Assembly: GCA_965644315.1 (NCBI GenBank)
Contig: CBFFRQ010000020.1
Span: 248,001 to 312,000, forward strand
DNA from: Caecitellus pseudoparvulus
Taxonomy: Eukaryota; Protista; Bigyra: Bicosoecida
DNA: 64,000 bases
Direction: 5' to 3'
Below are positions 1 to 14,800 of this stretch, piece by piece. Made by a program: the position numbers and the translations under genes. A model generated the notes under the pieces. That model was given only the letters and a program-made list of their open reading frames with translations. It searched no databases and was not told the origin of the DNA. Each line of letters starts with the position of its first letter. Position 1 is the first letter of the stretch.

Positions 1-2870
1 ACTGGAGCCACCACCAACACCTGCATCTGATGCTCCACCTGACACACCCACACTGCCTCCCACGATGCCCACCGCCCCTGCCCCTGTACCGCCATGGCCT
101 GCTTGCACTGACAAGCCACCACTAGTGCCGTTCACACCCCTCCCGCTCACGACGCGCACAGCCCCACTACCACCTGCACTGCTGCCGCTCCCCAGACTCG
201 CTGCACCGCTGGACCCTCCTGAGCTGGAACCGCTGCCCAGTGTGACGCCCCCACTGGCCCCACTGCCGCTGCTACTCACCGTCACATTGCCTGACGCTCC
301 ATGCTCAGACCCACCAGCTACTGCACTCACACTGCCACCAATCACACTGCCATCACCACCGACCAAGTGCAAGGCGCCACCACCCACCGCACCACTGCCG
401 ACCGCCACCTGCACCGCACCGGACTCACTGCCCTCCCCACTCGTCATCATCACACCCCCTGACGAGCCACCAGAGCCGCCACTCTGCACACCCACGGCGC
501 CCCCACTCGCCACACCCACACCATCTGCCCCGATCACCGTGACAGAGCCGCTGCTGCCCTCCAGAGCGCTGCCTGTGACCACCGCTAGAGCCCCCCCTGA
601 CCCACTCCCAGCAGCACCACTGCCAAACACCACGCTGCCACTTGCTTCACCGCCTCCACTTAGCACCGTCACACCACCGCTGCCCGCTGCAGTACTGGAC
701 CCACTCCTGGTGCTGACAAGCCCGCTCGTGCCGTTCACACTTGACCCGCTGGACACCTCAACTGCAGAGCTTGCATCATCGCCCCCACCTCCACGCACCA
801 CGGCTCCCCCACCCACATCACCCCCACCACCAGCCGCCAAAGCGTGACCACCGCCCTGACTCCCGGCACCCGCCTCGACAGTCAAAGACTCTGCTTGCAT
901 CTGCAAGGCACCGCCCGCGCCCTGGCTGGAGCCCACCATGAGCTTCGCGCCCCCCCCAGCAGACCCAAGCGACACGTCGCCCACTTGCCCACTTGCCAGC
1001 AGGACTGCCTCGCCAGCCACCAATGCCGACCCTGATGCCTGGACGCCGATGTCTCCGCTGCCTGCCACCCCTGTGCCGGTGTGCATGGCCAGTCCTCCGC
1101 TGCGCCCCGATGTGGCCACTCCGCTTGCCAACACAAGCGAGCTCCCACCTGCTTGGCTGCTGCCTGCCTGCGCTGCAACACGCCCACTCCTGCCCCCCGC
1201 CCCGCTGATGACAGCGACGCCGCCCCCCTTTGACATGCTCAATGCAAGGCTATCGCCCCCTTGCACCTCCACAGTGCCTGATGTAGTCTTGCCAGGGCCT
1301 GTGCCAATGCGCACCTGCCCACCCTGCCCGCTGGCCCCCGCTGAGCCAACTCCCACCTCCACGCGGCCACTTGAGCCACCAACTGAACCACCGTGCCCGC
1401 TCTCCAGTGTCAAGGCACCTGACCCTCTCGCGCCCTCGGCACTCGTCACTGATACCTCGCCTGTCGTCGCTTCCCGCCCTGACAAGGCTTCAGAGAACCT
1501 AAGCCCTTCACCTTGTAGCGCCAAGACCAACCGCCCCACCACATCGTCGTGCAGCATAGGACCACCCTCTCCACTGGACAGGATAGCACGCAAACTATCT
1601 TGTGCGCTGGCCTGACTGCCCCCTGATGCGATGCCTGATACGAGCGGCAGAGACAAAGCCGCGATGCGGCGCGCAGCCACATCGCTCACCGGCGCCCCTT
1701 GCTGTCCACGAGACAAGGCTTGGACGACAGCCCCCACCACCGTCGCCGGGGCATGCACTGAGCCACGCCCATCAACCGACAGCCTGCCATCTCCCCCTGC
1801 ACTGAGCACCATGCCTTGGCCACTGCCCACAGCCACTGCACCGCCGTCCAACACAGCACCACTGCCAGATACCCCGAGCGCTGTCGAGCCCACACTCAAC
1901 GACCCCCCACTAGACTCCAACACCGACACACCACCCTCCAGTCGCACAGACCCAGTGCCGTGCATGCTGATGTTTCCGCTTGCTTCAACAGCGACGTCAC
2001 CGCCGGACTCACCTCCCCCAGCCACACCAACCACGCTCCCACCACCAGCTACACGTGATGCCCCCGACTCAACCCCCACCACGCCACCGCCGCCAACCCG
2101 CACACCGCTTCCACCAGCCAACTGCAAGCCACCATCAGCATGTGTGCCTACGTCCACATTGCCTGCACCAACCACGCCTACTGACTGCCCAGCGAAAGAC
2201 ACCTCACCCCCAGCACCGCTGCCACTGGCCCCCCCGTGCACACGCACGGCACCACCCAAACCGCCCTCGGCGCGGCCCCCCCGCACGACTGCATCGCCTG
2301 CGTGCACTGCAGCTGCACCGCTCTCAATGGACACGCCCCCGCTGCCATGACTCCCACTGCCGCTCCCCACATCCACGCCACCGGCCCCCACGACGCTCAC
2401 CGCGCCACCCGCCACACTGATGCCGCCTGACTCAACACGCCCCGACCCACTCTCATGTGCAACATCACCACCTGCCCCTGCCTTGCTGCCTCCACCTGCC
2501 ACTTCGATCGCCGTGCCCCTCACATGCACACCTCTGCCGGACACTGCCACGCCGCCCGGTCCATGAACGGCAGTGCTGCCCCCCACAGCACCCCCACCAC
2601 CTGCCACACTCACCAGACCACCCACAGCAGTCCCCGACCCACCCAACAGCCCCACATCACCCGATGCCGTCGACACTGACACATCGCCCGCTGCACTCGT
2701 GCCGCCCCCTGACAGCACTGACACGCCACCCTGGCCCTGCACTTGCATCTCCGTCTGCACCTGCACTTGCACGCTGCCGCTTGCGTGGGAGTCCGCTGAA
2801 GCAAGCGTGGACACTGCCACTGAGCCGGCTGGGCCTGCTGTGGAGCTGCCACCAGCAACGTTGACACTTG
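1..2870. repeat. Fourth (partial) copy D of the 5.26-kb unit, equivalent to 5373-8242
   Basis: Near-identical to 5373-8242 at an offset of 5,372 bp. Confidence 0.95.
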
Positions 2871-5800
2871 TACCGAAAGCCGAGGCATTTTGACCAGCTA
2901 TCAGAACAGATCCCGTTGCTAGCACTCCCTCAGAGACTTTGACGAGCACATGTCCTGATCGATGAGTCCCGCTTGTTGATGAAGCTTGAAGTTTGTTTGA
3001 GGTTGTTTGTGACGCTCCCGTGGTAATGTTGACGTTACCTGTCAAGGCTCTGTGCCCAAACCCAGATGAAAGTTTCAAAGCCGCACCCTTTGTCACTGAC
3101 GGTCCTGTGTGAAAAATCATATCACCACTCACGCTGGTTGAGGCGCCTGTGCGCAAGTACAAGCCTCCCCCCCGAACTTGTGCCTGACCAGGACTGATGT
3201 ACACCCCCCCACTTGCACCGAATGAACTTCCTTGCAAATTTCCTGTTTGCAGAGAAACTTTTCCAGAGATTTGAGCACAGTTGCTCATGAGCGAAATCCC
3301 CGCGGAAGTTCCTCCCATCGCCGTAGCCGCTCCAGTGAGAACAGATACTGTGCCGGATTGGGCCGAAGAGGCTCTGCCTGATCCCACAATTGCAGACTGT
3401 GAGCTTGATTTGCTTGTACCCGACGCAAATTCAATACCTCCACTCCGAGATTCCGCATTCCCAGTCGCAGTGGAGACGAGTCCAGACGCTTGTGCCCCAC
3501 TTGCAGAGTGTATTCTGAGCTCGCTGCCAGTGGTGTTCGGGTTTGAACTTGACCCACTCGATATGTGATAGCTACCAGAAGCTGTCGTTTGGCTTCCTCC
3601 AGTCCCAAGTACTAGATTGCCCGGCACCATTGAAGCAGATCCCCCTTTCAAGTGAACATGGCCAGATGACAAAGCGTTCCCGGATCGAAGAACCACACTA
3701 GTTGACGCGATTTCATGTGCAGTTGAACTAATGGTGATTGGCTGACTGAGTGGAGGCAGTGCTTGTGTCACTTTGTCCGCGCCAACACGAACAATGCCCG
3801 GATACAACGGAGAGCTCCCAGCCCTGATTGAAACTCTAGAGGGTTGCTCTGGAACCCCGGAATCAGCGCCTCGAACAAAAATCGAACCTGGTCCGTCCCC
3901 ACTTGACTCCGACACAAGGTATATGTTTCCACCTTGAACTACACTATCAGAAGTTCGCAAAGAAACATTCCCCGACTCTCCATTGCTCTCACCCGCATAA
4001 ACAAAAACACCGCCAGTTTCAAACGCATCACCCGAACGAACATGCCCGTCTCCCGCGGAAACCAATGCCCCGCTCGTGCTCAGACCCACCTGCCCACTTG
4101 CAACTGCACTGTGATGGCCAGGATCGATATGCTGCGAGGAAACATGCACAACCGACCCTTCAACACTCAAACTGCCACCCACTCCCTCCGCTGACTCACC
4201 AGCACCAGCCACCACGCGCTCACCAGTGCCAGCCTCAAGCCCCACATCACCCCCCACCAAACCACTACCACCTGACACCTGCACAGCTGACCCCATACCA
4301 GCCAGCACGCTCACTGAGCCGCCCACAAGCCCATCGCCACCCTGCACACCGACAGCCCCTGCAACACCACCCCCACCTGCGCCCGACACCATGGCTACTG
4401 ACCCGGCCTGTCCTCCCACGCTTCTCCCCCCCGCCACCGACACAGCACCATGGCCTCGACCAACCCTCGTGCTCACATCACCAGCACCCAGCACTCCCCC
4501 GCCACTGCCAATCGCCACAGCGCCAGACCTGCCCACAGCGCTGTCCCCGCTGCGCACATCCAAGGCCCCTGACGCCACACCACCACCTGACATGCCGGTG
4601 CCCAATGCCACACTGTCCCCGCCCTCAATGCTGACTGACCCACTCTGTTCGCTCGAGCTTGAGCCGCTCACAGCCAACACAGTACCTCCACGCACAGCTC
4701 GGCCACCACCACCAAGGACTCTGACCTCCGACCCCGCAACAGCAATGCTGCCGCCCTCCACACCCCCGCCAGCGGACACAGTCACATGGCCGGCTGTCGC
4801 CCCTTCCCCGCTCACAATGCGGGACTCCCCCCCATCATCACTGCCATCGCCTCCACCGACCCTGACACCTGCCGCACCAGCCAACTCCACACCACCCCCT
4901 GACCCTGCCCACGCCCCGCCCCAACACCAACACTCGACCCAGACAACACAACTGACCCCGACGCCAGGCTGCTTTGCCCAGCACCCACCATGATCGACCC
5001 TGCCGTGCTGCTTCCCTCGCCCACCCGCATGGTCACATCCCCACTTGCACCTTGCCCGGCACCGCTCCCCAGCACAACACTGCCGGACAGCCCCCCATCA
5101 CTTGCACTGCCGCTCCGCACCTGCACACGGCCACCTCCCCCATGCACAGATGCCCCTGCATGTACACTCACGGCGCCCCCAGCACTCCCCACCACACCGG
5201 CATCGCCACCCGCCCACCTCACGCTGCCACCAACGCCCCTCGCCGCCACGCCTCCCCTCATCGCTAGCCTGCCACCAACTCCTCCATCGCTGACACCGCT
5301 GGACACTGTGACACCCCCCCTTCCCACGACACGCACGCTGCCGCCGCTCCCTGCAGCGCCACCAGCAACGACACTGGAGCCACCACCAACACCTGCATCT
5401 GATGCTCCACCTGACACACCCACACTGCCTCCCACGATGCCCACCGCCCCTGCCCCTGTACCGCCATGGCCTGCTTGCACTGACAAGCCACCACTAGTGC
5501 CGTTCACACCCCTCCCGCTCACGACGCGCACAGCCCCACTACCACCTGCACTGCTGCCGCTCCCCAGACTCGCTGCACCGCTGGACCCTCCTGAGCTGGA
5601 ACCGCTGCCCAGTGTGACGCCCCCACTGGCCCCACTGCCGCTGCTACTCACCGTCACATTGCCTGATGCTCCATGCTCAGACCCACCAGCTGCTGCACTC
5701 ACACTGCCACCAATCACACTGCCATCACCACCGACCAAGTGCAAGGCGCCACCACCCACCGCACCACTCCCGACCGCCACCTGCACCGCACCGGACTCAC

Positions 5801-8800
5801 TGCCCTCCCCACTCGTCATCATCACACCCCCTGACGAGCCACCAGAGCCGCCACTCTGCACACCCACGGCGCCCCCACTCGCCACACCCACACCACCTGC
5901 CCCGATCACCGTGACAGAGCCGCTGCTGCCCTCCAGAGCGCTGCCTGTGACCACCGCTAGAGCCCCCCCTGACCCACTCCCAGCAGCACCACTGCCAAAC
6001 ACCACGCTTCCACTTGCTTCACCGCCTCCACTTAGCACCGTCACACCACCGCTGCCCGCTGCAGTACTGGACCCACTCCTGGTGCTGACAAGCCCGCTCG
6101 TGCCGCTCACACTTGACCCGCTGGACACCTCAACTGCAGAGCTTGCATCATCGCCCCCACCTCCACGCACCACGGCTCCCCCACCCACATCACCCCCACC
6201 ACCAGCCGCCAAAGCGTGACCACCGCCCTGACTCCCGGCACCCGCCTCGACAGTCAAAGACTCTGCTTGCATCTGCAAGGCACCGCCCGCGCCCTGCCTG
6301 GAGCCCACCATGAGCTTCGCGCCCCCCCCAGCAGACCCGAGCGACACGTCGCCCACTTGCCCACTTGCCAGCAGGACTGCCTCGCCAGCCACCAATGCCG
6401 ACCCTGATGCCTGGACGCCGATGTCTCCGCTGCCTGCCACCCCTGTGCCGGTGTGCATGGCCAGTCCTCCGCTGCGCCCCGATGTGGCCACTCCGCTTGC
6501 CAACACAAGCGAGCTCCCACCTGCTTGGCTGCTGCCTGCCTGCGCTGCAACACGCCCACTCCTGCCCCCCGCCCCGCTGATGACAGCGACGCCGCCCCCC
6601 TCTGACATGCTCAATGCAAGGCTATCGCCCCCTTGCACCTCCACAGTGCCTGATGTAGTCGTGCCAGGGCCTGTGCCAATGCGCACCTGCCCACCCTGCC
6701 CGCTGGCCCCCGCTGAGCCAACTCCCACCTCCACGCGGCCACTTGAGCCACCAACTGAACCACCGTGCCCGCTCTCCAGTGTCAAGGCACCTGACCCTCT
6801 CGCGCCCTCGGCACTCGACACTGATACCTCGCCTGTCGTCGCTTCCCGCCCTGACAAGGCTTCAGAGAACCTGAGCCCTTCACCTTGTAGTGCCAAGACC
6901 AACCGCCCCACCACATCGTCGTGCAGCATAAGACCACCCTCTCCACTGGACAGGATAGCACGCAAACTATCTTGTGCGCTGGCCTGACTGCCCCCTGATG
7001 CGATGCCTGATACGAGCGGCAGAGACAAAGCCGCGATGCGGCGCGCAGCCACATTGCTCACCGGCGCCCCTTGCTGTCCACGAGACAAGGCTTGGACGAC
7101 AGCCCCCACCACCGTCGCCGGGGCATGCACTGAGCCACGCCCATCAACCGACAGCCTGCCCTCTCCCCCTGCACTGAGCACCATGCCTTGGCCACTGCCC
7201 ACAGCCACTGCACCGCCGTCCAACACAGCACCACTGCCAGATACCCCGAGCGCTGTCGAGCCCACACTCAACGACCCCCCACTAGACTCCAACACCGACA
7301 CACCACCCTCCAGTCGCACAGACCCAGTGCCGTGCATGCTGATGTTTCCGCTTGCTTCAACAGCGACGTCACCGCCGGACTCACCTCCCCCAGCCACACC
7401 AACCACGCTCCCACCACCAGCTACACGTGATGCCCCCGACTCAACCCCCACCACGCCACCGCCGCCAACCCGCACACCGCTTCCACCGGCCAACCGCAAG
7501 CCACCATCAGCATGTGTGCCTACGTCCACATTGCCTGCACCAACCACGCCTACTGACTGCCCAGCGAAAGACACCTCACCCCCAGCACCGCTGCCACTGG
7601 CCCCCCCGTGCACTCGCACGGCACCACCCAAACCGCCCTCGGCGCGGCCCCCCCGCACGGCTGCATCGCCTGCGTGCACTGCAGCTGCACCGCTCTCAAT
7701 GGACACGCCCCCGCTGCCATGACTCCCACTGCCGCTCCCCACATCCACGCCACCGGCCCCCACGACGCTCACCGCGCCACCCGCCACACTGATGCCGCCT
7801 GACTCAACACGCCCCGACCCACTCTCATGTGCAACATCACCACCTGCCCCTGCCTTGCTGCCTCCACCTGCCACTTCGATCGCCGTGCCCCTCACATGCA
7901 CACCTCTGCCGGACACTGCCACGCCGCCCGGTCCATGAACGGCAGTACTGCCCCCCACAGCACCCCCACCACCTGCCACACTCACCAGACCACCCACAGC
8001 AGTCCCCGACCCACCCAACAGCCCCACATCACCCGATGCCGTCGACACTGACACATCGCCCGCTGCACTCGTGCCGCCCCCTGACAGCACTGACACGCCA
8101 CCCTGGCCCTGCACTTGCATCTCCGTCTGCACCTGCACTTGCACGCTGCCGCTTGCGTGGGAGTCCGCTGAAGCAAGCGTGGACACTGCCACTGAGCCGG
8201 CTGGGCCTGCTGTGGAGCTGCCACCAGCAACGTTGACACTTGCACCCGACATCCCAACACCTTGCCCTGCCACAGACAGCGCGCCAGATGCCTCAGCAGC
8301 TTTCCCAGAAGAGACAACCAAGCCCCCCCCAGCATTGGCGCCAGCTGCTGTGCCCACATCGACCACACCACTGACTGAACCAGAACCGCCTTGCAAGGAT
8401 GCCACCCCATCACCATCAGCTGACATCACGATGCTCCCAGCGTCACCGGTACCGGAACCCACAAGCAGCGCTACCCCACCACCGCCTCCCTGCATCTGCA
8501 CGCTCCCATTCGTTGCCACAACGTTGTTTGCGCGGTCGCGGCTTGAGAGCCCGACGCGGCCTTCCGATGCAATGGCTACAGCCCCTCCTGCAGAGACACT
8601 GTGCCCTGCCTGGACCTGCACCCCTCTCATGTACTGCAGCAACATGCCACCCGACGTTCCCTTGCTTGCGCCGCTGTGCATGTGCACTGTACCTGACGAC
8701 AGCCTGCCACCCCCTGTTGTCACCGCCACGCCTCTAGCAGATGCGACGCTGACGTCACCACTGGACAAGGAGCCAAGGGATGTCGCCACACTCAGTCGCG

Positions 8801-11800
8801 CCGAAGCGCCGGAAGTCTGCAGGTGCACGGCACCACCCCTTGCTCCTGAGCCACTTGATAGAGCAATGGTAGATGCGCCAAAGTGTCCTGACCCAGCAGT
8901 CACTTGCACTGAACCACCCTGCACCTGACCACGAGCACCAGCAAAGTGAATACTACCTGTGCCCCCGTCGGCCGGACTAGATGCAAGGCTCACGCCGCCG
9001 GTGTCGAAAGCAGAGCTCGATGACAGGCTGATCAGCCCACTCTGCATCACCGCTCGACCAGATCGCAGCAATGCTGTGCCTCCATAGCGTCCAGCGCCAG
9101 CATGCCCTGAAAACATGCCACTTGCAGATGCTTGCGTTCCAGCCGCGCGAAACTGTACAGACCCACCGTGCGCACCCTCTGCTGCATACACCAGGGCACT
9201 ACCGGGGACGCCCACGCCCCCCGTGCTCCCACCTTTAATGACAACTCTACCAGATCCATCTGCCTCTGAAGATCCAGATGCAACAGAAATCAGTCCAGAA
9301 GCAAGTGCAGTCCCTGTCACAAAATCTACACGCCCACTGCCGGTCGCACTGCCACCCCTTGTCAACACCGCAAGTGCAGAACAAGCACCGATACCTGCGG
9401 ACACTGAGCAGCCGGGCGCACGAACAATTGAAGACCCACCCACTCCCTCCGCTGACTCACCAGCACCAGCCACCACGCGCTCACCAGTGCCAGCCTCAAG
9501 CCCCACATCACCCCCCACCAAACCACTACCACCCGACACCTGCACAGTTGACCCCATACCAGCAAGCACGCTCACTGAGCCGCCCACAAGCCCATCGCCA
9601 CCCTGCACACCGACAGCCCCTGCAACACCACCCCCACCTGCGCCCGACACCATGGCTACTGACCCGGCCTGTCCTCCCACGCTTCTCCCCCCCGCCACCG
9701 ACACAGCACCATGGCCTCGACCAACCCTCGTGCTCACATCACCAGCACCCAGCACTCCCCCGCCACTGCCAATCGCCACAGCGCCAGACCTGCCCACAGC
9801 GCTGTCCCCGCTGCGCACATCCAAGGCCCCTGACGCCACACCACCACCTGACATGCCGGTGCCCAATGCCACACTGTCCCCGCCCTCAATGCTGACTGAC
9901 CCACTCTGTTCGCTCGAGCTTGAGCCGCTCACAGCCAACACAGTACCTCCACGCACAGCTCGGCCACCACCACCAAGGACTCTGACCTCCGACCCCGCAA
10001 CAGCAATGCTGCCGCCCTCCACACCCCCGCCAGCGGACACAGTCACATGGCCGGCTGTCGCCCCTTCCCCGCTCACAATGCGGGACTCCCCCCCATCATC
10101 ACTGCCATCGCCTCCACCGACCCTGACACCTGCCGCACCAGCCAACTCCACACCACCCCCTGACCCTGCCCACGCCCCGCCCCAACACCAACACTCGACC
10201 CAGACAACACAACTGACCCCGACGCCAGGCTGCTTTGCCCAGCACCCACCATGATCGACCCTGCCGTGCTGCTTCCCTCGCCCACCCGCATGGTCACATC
10301 CCCACTTGCACCTTGCCCGGCACCGCTCCCCAGCACAACACTGCCGGACAGCCCCCCATCACTTGCACTGCCGCTCCGCACCTGCACACGGCCACCTCCC
10401 CCATGCACAGATGCCCCTGCATGTACACTCACGGCGCCCCCAGCACTCCCCACCACACCGGCATCGCCACCCGCCCACCTCACGCTGCCACCAACGCCCC
10501 TCGCCGCCACGCCTCCCCTCATCGCTAGCCTGCCACCAACTCCTCCATCGCTGACACCGCTGGACACTGTGACACCCCCCCTTCCCACGACACGCACGCT
10601 GCCGCCGCTCCCTGCAGCGCCACCAGCAACGACACTGGAGCCACCACCAACACCTGCATCTGATGCTCCACCTGACACACCCACACTGCCTCCCACGATG
10701 CCCACCGCCCCTGCCCCTGTACCGCCATGGCCTGCTTGCACTGACAAGCCACCACTAGTGCCGTTCACACCCCTCCCGCTCACGACGCGCACAGCCCCAC
10801 TACCACCTGCACTGCTGCCGCTCCCCAGACTCGCTGCACCGCTGGACCCTCCTGAGCTGGAACCGCTGCCCAGTGTGACGCCCCCACTGGCCCCACTGCC
10901 GCTGCTACTCACCGTCACATTGCCTGATGCTCCATGCTCAGACCCACCAGCTGCTGCACTCACACTGCCACCAATCACACTGCCATCACCACCGACCAAG
11001 TGCAAGGCGCCACCACCCACCGCACCACTCCCGACCGCCACCTGCACCGCACCGGACTCACTGCCCTCCCCACTCGTCATCATCACACCCCCTGACGAGC
11101 CACCAGAGCCGCCACTCTGCACACCCACGGCGCCCCCACTCGCCACACCCACACCACCTGCCCCGATCACCGTGACAGAGCCGCTGCTGCCCTCCAGAGC
11201 GCTGCCTGTGACCACCGCTAGAGCCCCCCCTGACCCACTCCCAGCAGCACCACTGCCAAACACCACGCTTCCACTTGCTTCACCGCCTCCACTTAGCACC
11301 GTCACACCACCGCTGCCCGCTGCAGTACTGGACCCACTCCTGGTGCTGACAAGCCCGCTCGTGCCGCTCACACTTGACCCGCTGGACACCTCAACTGCAG
11401 AGCTTGCATCATCGCCCCCACCTCCACGCACCACGGCTCCCCCACCCACATCACCCCCACCACCAGCCGCCAAAGCGTGACCACCGCCCTGACTCCCGGC
11501 ACCCGCCTCGACAGTCAAAGACTCTGCTTGCATCTGCAAGGCACCGCCCGCGCCCTGCCTGGAGCCCACCATGAGCTTCGCGCCCCCCCCAGCAGACCCG
11601 AGCGACACGTCGCCCACTTGCCCACTTGCCAGCAGGACTGCCTCGCCAGCCACCAATGCCGACCCTGATGCCTGGACGCCGATGTCTCCGCTGCCTGCCA
11701 CCCCTGTGCCGGTGTGCATGGCCAGTCCTCCGCTGCGCCCCGATGTGGCCACTCCGCTTGCCAACACAAGCGAGCTCCCACCTGCTTGGCTGCTGCCTGC

Positions 11801-14800
11801 CTGCGCTGCAACACGCCCACTCCTGCCCCCCGCCCCGCTGATGACAGCGACGCCGCCCCCTTTGACATGCTCAATGCAAGGCTATCGCCCCCTTGCACCT
11901 CCACAGTGCCTGATGTAGTCGTGCCAGGGCCTGTGCCAATGCGCACCTGCCCACCCTGCCCGCTGGCCCCCGCTGAGCCAACTCCCACCTCCACGCGGCC
12001 ACTTGAGCCACCAACTGAACCACCGTGCCCGCTCTCCAGTGTCAAGGCACCTGACCCTCTCGCGCCCTCGGCACTCGACACTGATACCTCGCCTGTCGTC
12101 GCTTCCCGCCCTGACAAGGCTTCAGAGAACCTGAGCCCTTCACCTTGTAGTGCCAAGACCAACCGCCCCACCACATCGTCGTGCAGCATAAGACCACCCT
12201 CTCCACTGGACAGGATAGCACGCAAACTATCTTGTGCGCTGGCCTGACTGCCCCCTGATGCGATGCCTGATACGAGCGGCAGAGACAAAGCCGCGATGCG
12301 GCGCGCAGCCACATTGCTCACCGGCGCCCCTTGCTGTCCACGAGACAAGGCTTGGACGACAGCCCCCACCACCGTCGCCGGGGCATGCACTGAGCCACGC
12401 CCATCAACCGACAGCCTGCCTTCTCCCCCTGCACTGAGCACCATGCCTTGGCCACTGCCCACAGCCACTGCACCGCCGTCCAACACAGCACCACTGCCAG
12501 ATACCCCGAGCGCTGTCGAGCCCACACTCAACGACCCCCCACTAGACTCCAACACCGACACACCACCCTCCAGTCGCACAGACCCAGTGCCGTGCATGCT
12601 GATGTTTCCGCTTGCTTCAACAGCGACGTCACCGCCGGACTCACCTCCCCCAGCCACACCAACCACGCTCCCACCACCAGCTACACGTGATGCCCCCGAC
12701 TCAACCCCCACCACGCCACCGCCGCCAACCCGCACACCGCTTCCACCGGCCAACCGCAAGCCACCATCAGCATGTGTGCCTACGTCCACATTGCCTGCAC
12801 CAACCACGCCTACTGACTGCCCAGCGAAAGACACCTCACCCCCAGCACCGCTGCCACTGGCCCCCCCGTGCACTCGCACGGCACCACCCAAACCGCCCTC
12901 GGCGCGGCCCCCCCGCACGGCTGCATCGCCTGCGTGCACTGCAGCTGCACCGCTCTCAATGGACACGCCCCCGCTGCCATGACTCCCACTGCCGCTCCCC
13001 ACATCCACGCCACCGGCCCCCACGACGCTCACCGCGCCACCCGCCACACTGATGCCGCCTGACTCAACACGCCCCGACCCACTCTCATGTGCAACATCAC
13101 CACCTGCCCCTGCCTTGCTGCCTCCACCTGCCACTTCGATCGCCGTGCCCCTCACATGCACACCTCTGCCGGACACTGCCACACCGCCCGGTCCATGAAC
13201 GGCAGTACTGCCCCCCACAGCACCCCCACCACCTGCCACACTCACCAGACCACCCACAGCAGTCCCCGACCCACCCAACAGCCCCACATCACCCGATGCC
13301 GTCGACACTGACACATCGCCCGCTGCACTCGTGCCGCCCCCTGACAGCACTGACACGCCACCCTGGCCCTGCACTTGCATCTCCGTCTGCACCTGCACTT
13401 GCACGCTGCCGCTTGCGTGGGAGTCCGCTGAAGCAAGCGTGGACACTGCCACTGAGCCGGCTGGGCCTGCTGTGGAGCTGCCACCAGCAACGTTGACACT
13501 TGCACCCGACATCCCAACACCTTGCCCTGCCACAGACAGCGCGCCAGATGCCTCAGCAGCTTTCCCAGAAGAGACAACCAAGCCCCCCCCAGCATTGGCG
13601 CCAGCTGCTGTGCCCACATCGACCACACCACTGACTGAACCAGAACCGCCTTGCAAGGATGCCACCCCATCACCATCAGCTGACATCACGATGCTCCCAG
13701 CGTCACCGGTACCGGAACCCACAAGCAGCGCTACCCCACCACCGCCTCCCTGCATCTGCACGCTCCCATTCGTTGCCACAACGTTGTTTGCGCGGTCGCG
13801 GCTTGAGAGCCCGACGCGGCCTTCCGATGCAATGGCTACAGCCCCTCCTGCAGAGACACTGTGCCCTGCCTGGACCTGCACCCCTCTCATGTACTGCAGC
13901 AACATGCCACCCGACGTTCCCTTGCTTGCGCCGCTGTGCATGTGCACTGTACCTGACGACAGCCTGCCACCCCCTGTTGTCACCGCCACGCCTCCAGCAG
14001 ATGCGACGTTGACGTCACCACTGGACAGGGAGCCAAGGGATGTCGCCACACTCAGTCGCGCCGAAGCGCCGGAAGTCTGCAGGTGCACGGCACCACCCCT
14101 TGCTCCTGAGCCACTTGATAGAGCAATGGTAGATGCGCCAAAGTGTCCTGACCCAGCAGTCACTTGCACTGAACCACCCTGCACCTGACCACGAGCACCA
14201 GCAAAGTGAATGCTACCTGTGCCCCCGTCGGCCGGACTAGATGCAAGGCTCACGCCGCCGGTGTCGAAAGCAGAGCTCGATGACAGGCTGATCAGCCCAC
14301 TCTGCATCACCGCTCGACCAGATCGCAGCAATGCTGTGCCTCCATAGCGTCCAGCGCCAGCATGCCCTGAAAACATGCCACTTGCAGATGCTTGCGTTCC
14401 AGCCGCGCGAAACTGTACAGACCCACCGTGCGCACCCTCTGCTGCATACACCAGGGCACTACCGGGGGCGCCCACGCCCCCCGTGCTCCCACCTTTAATG
14501 ACAACTCTACCAGATCCATCTGCCTCTGAAGATCCAGATGCAACAGAAATCAGTCCAGAAGCAAGTGCAGTCCCTGTCACAGAATCCACACGCCCACTGC
14601 CGGTCGAACTGCCACCTCTTGTCAACACCGCAAGTGCAGAACAAGCACCGATACCTGCGGACACTGAGCAGCCGGGCGCACGAACAATTGAAGACCCACC
14701 CACTCCCTCCGCTGACTCACCAGCACCAGCCACCACGCGCTCACCAGTGCCAGCCTCAAGCCCCACATCACCCCCCACCAAACCACTACCACCTGACACC

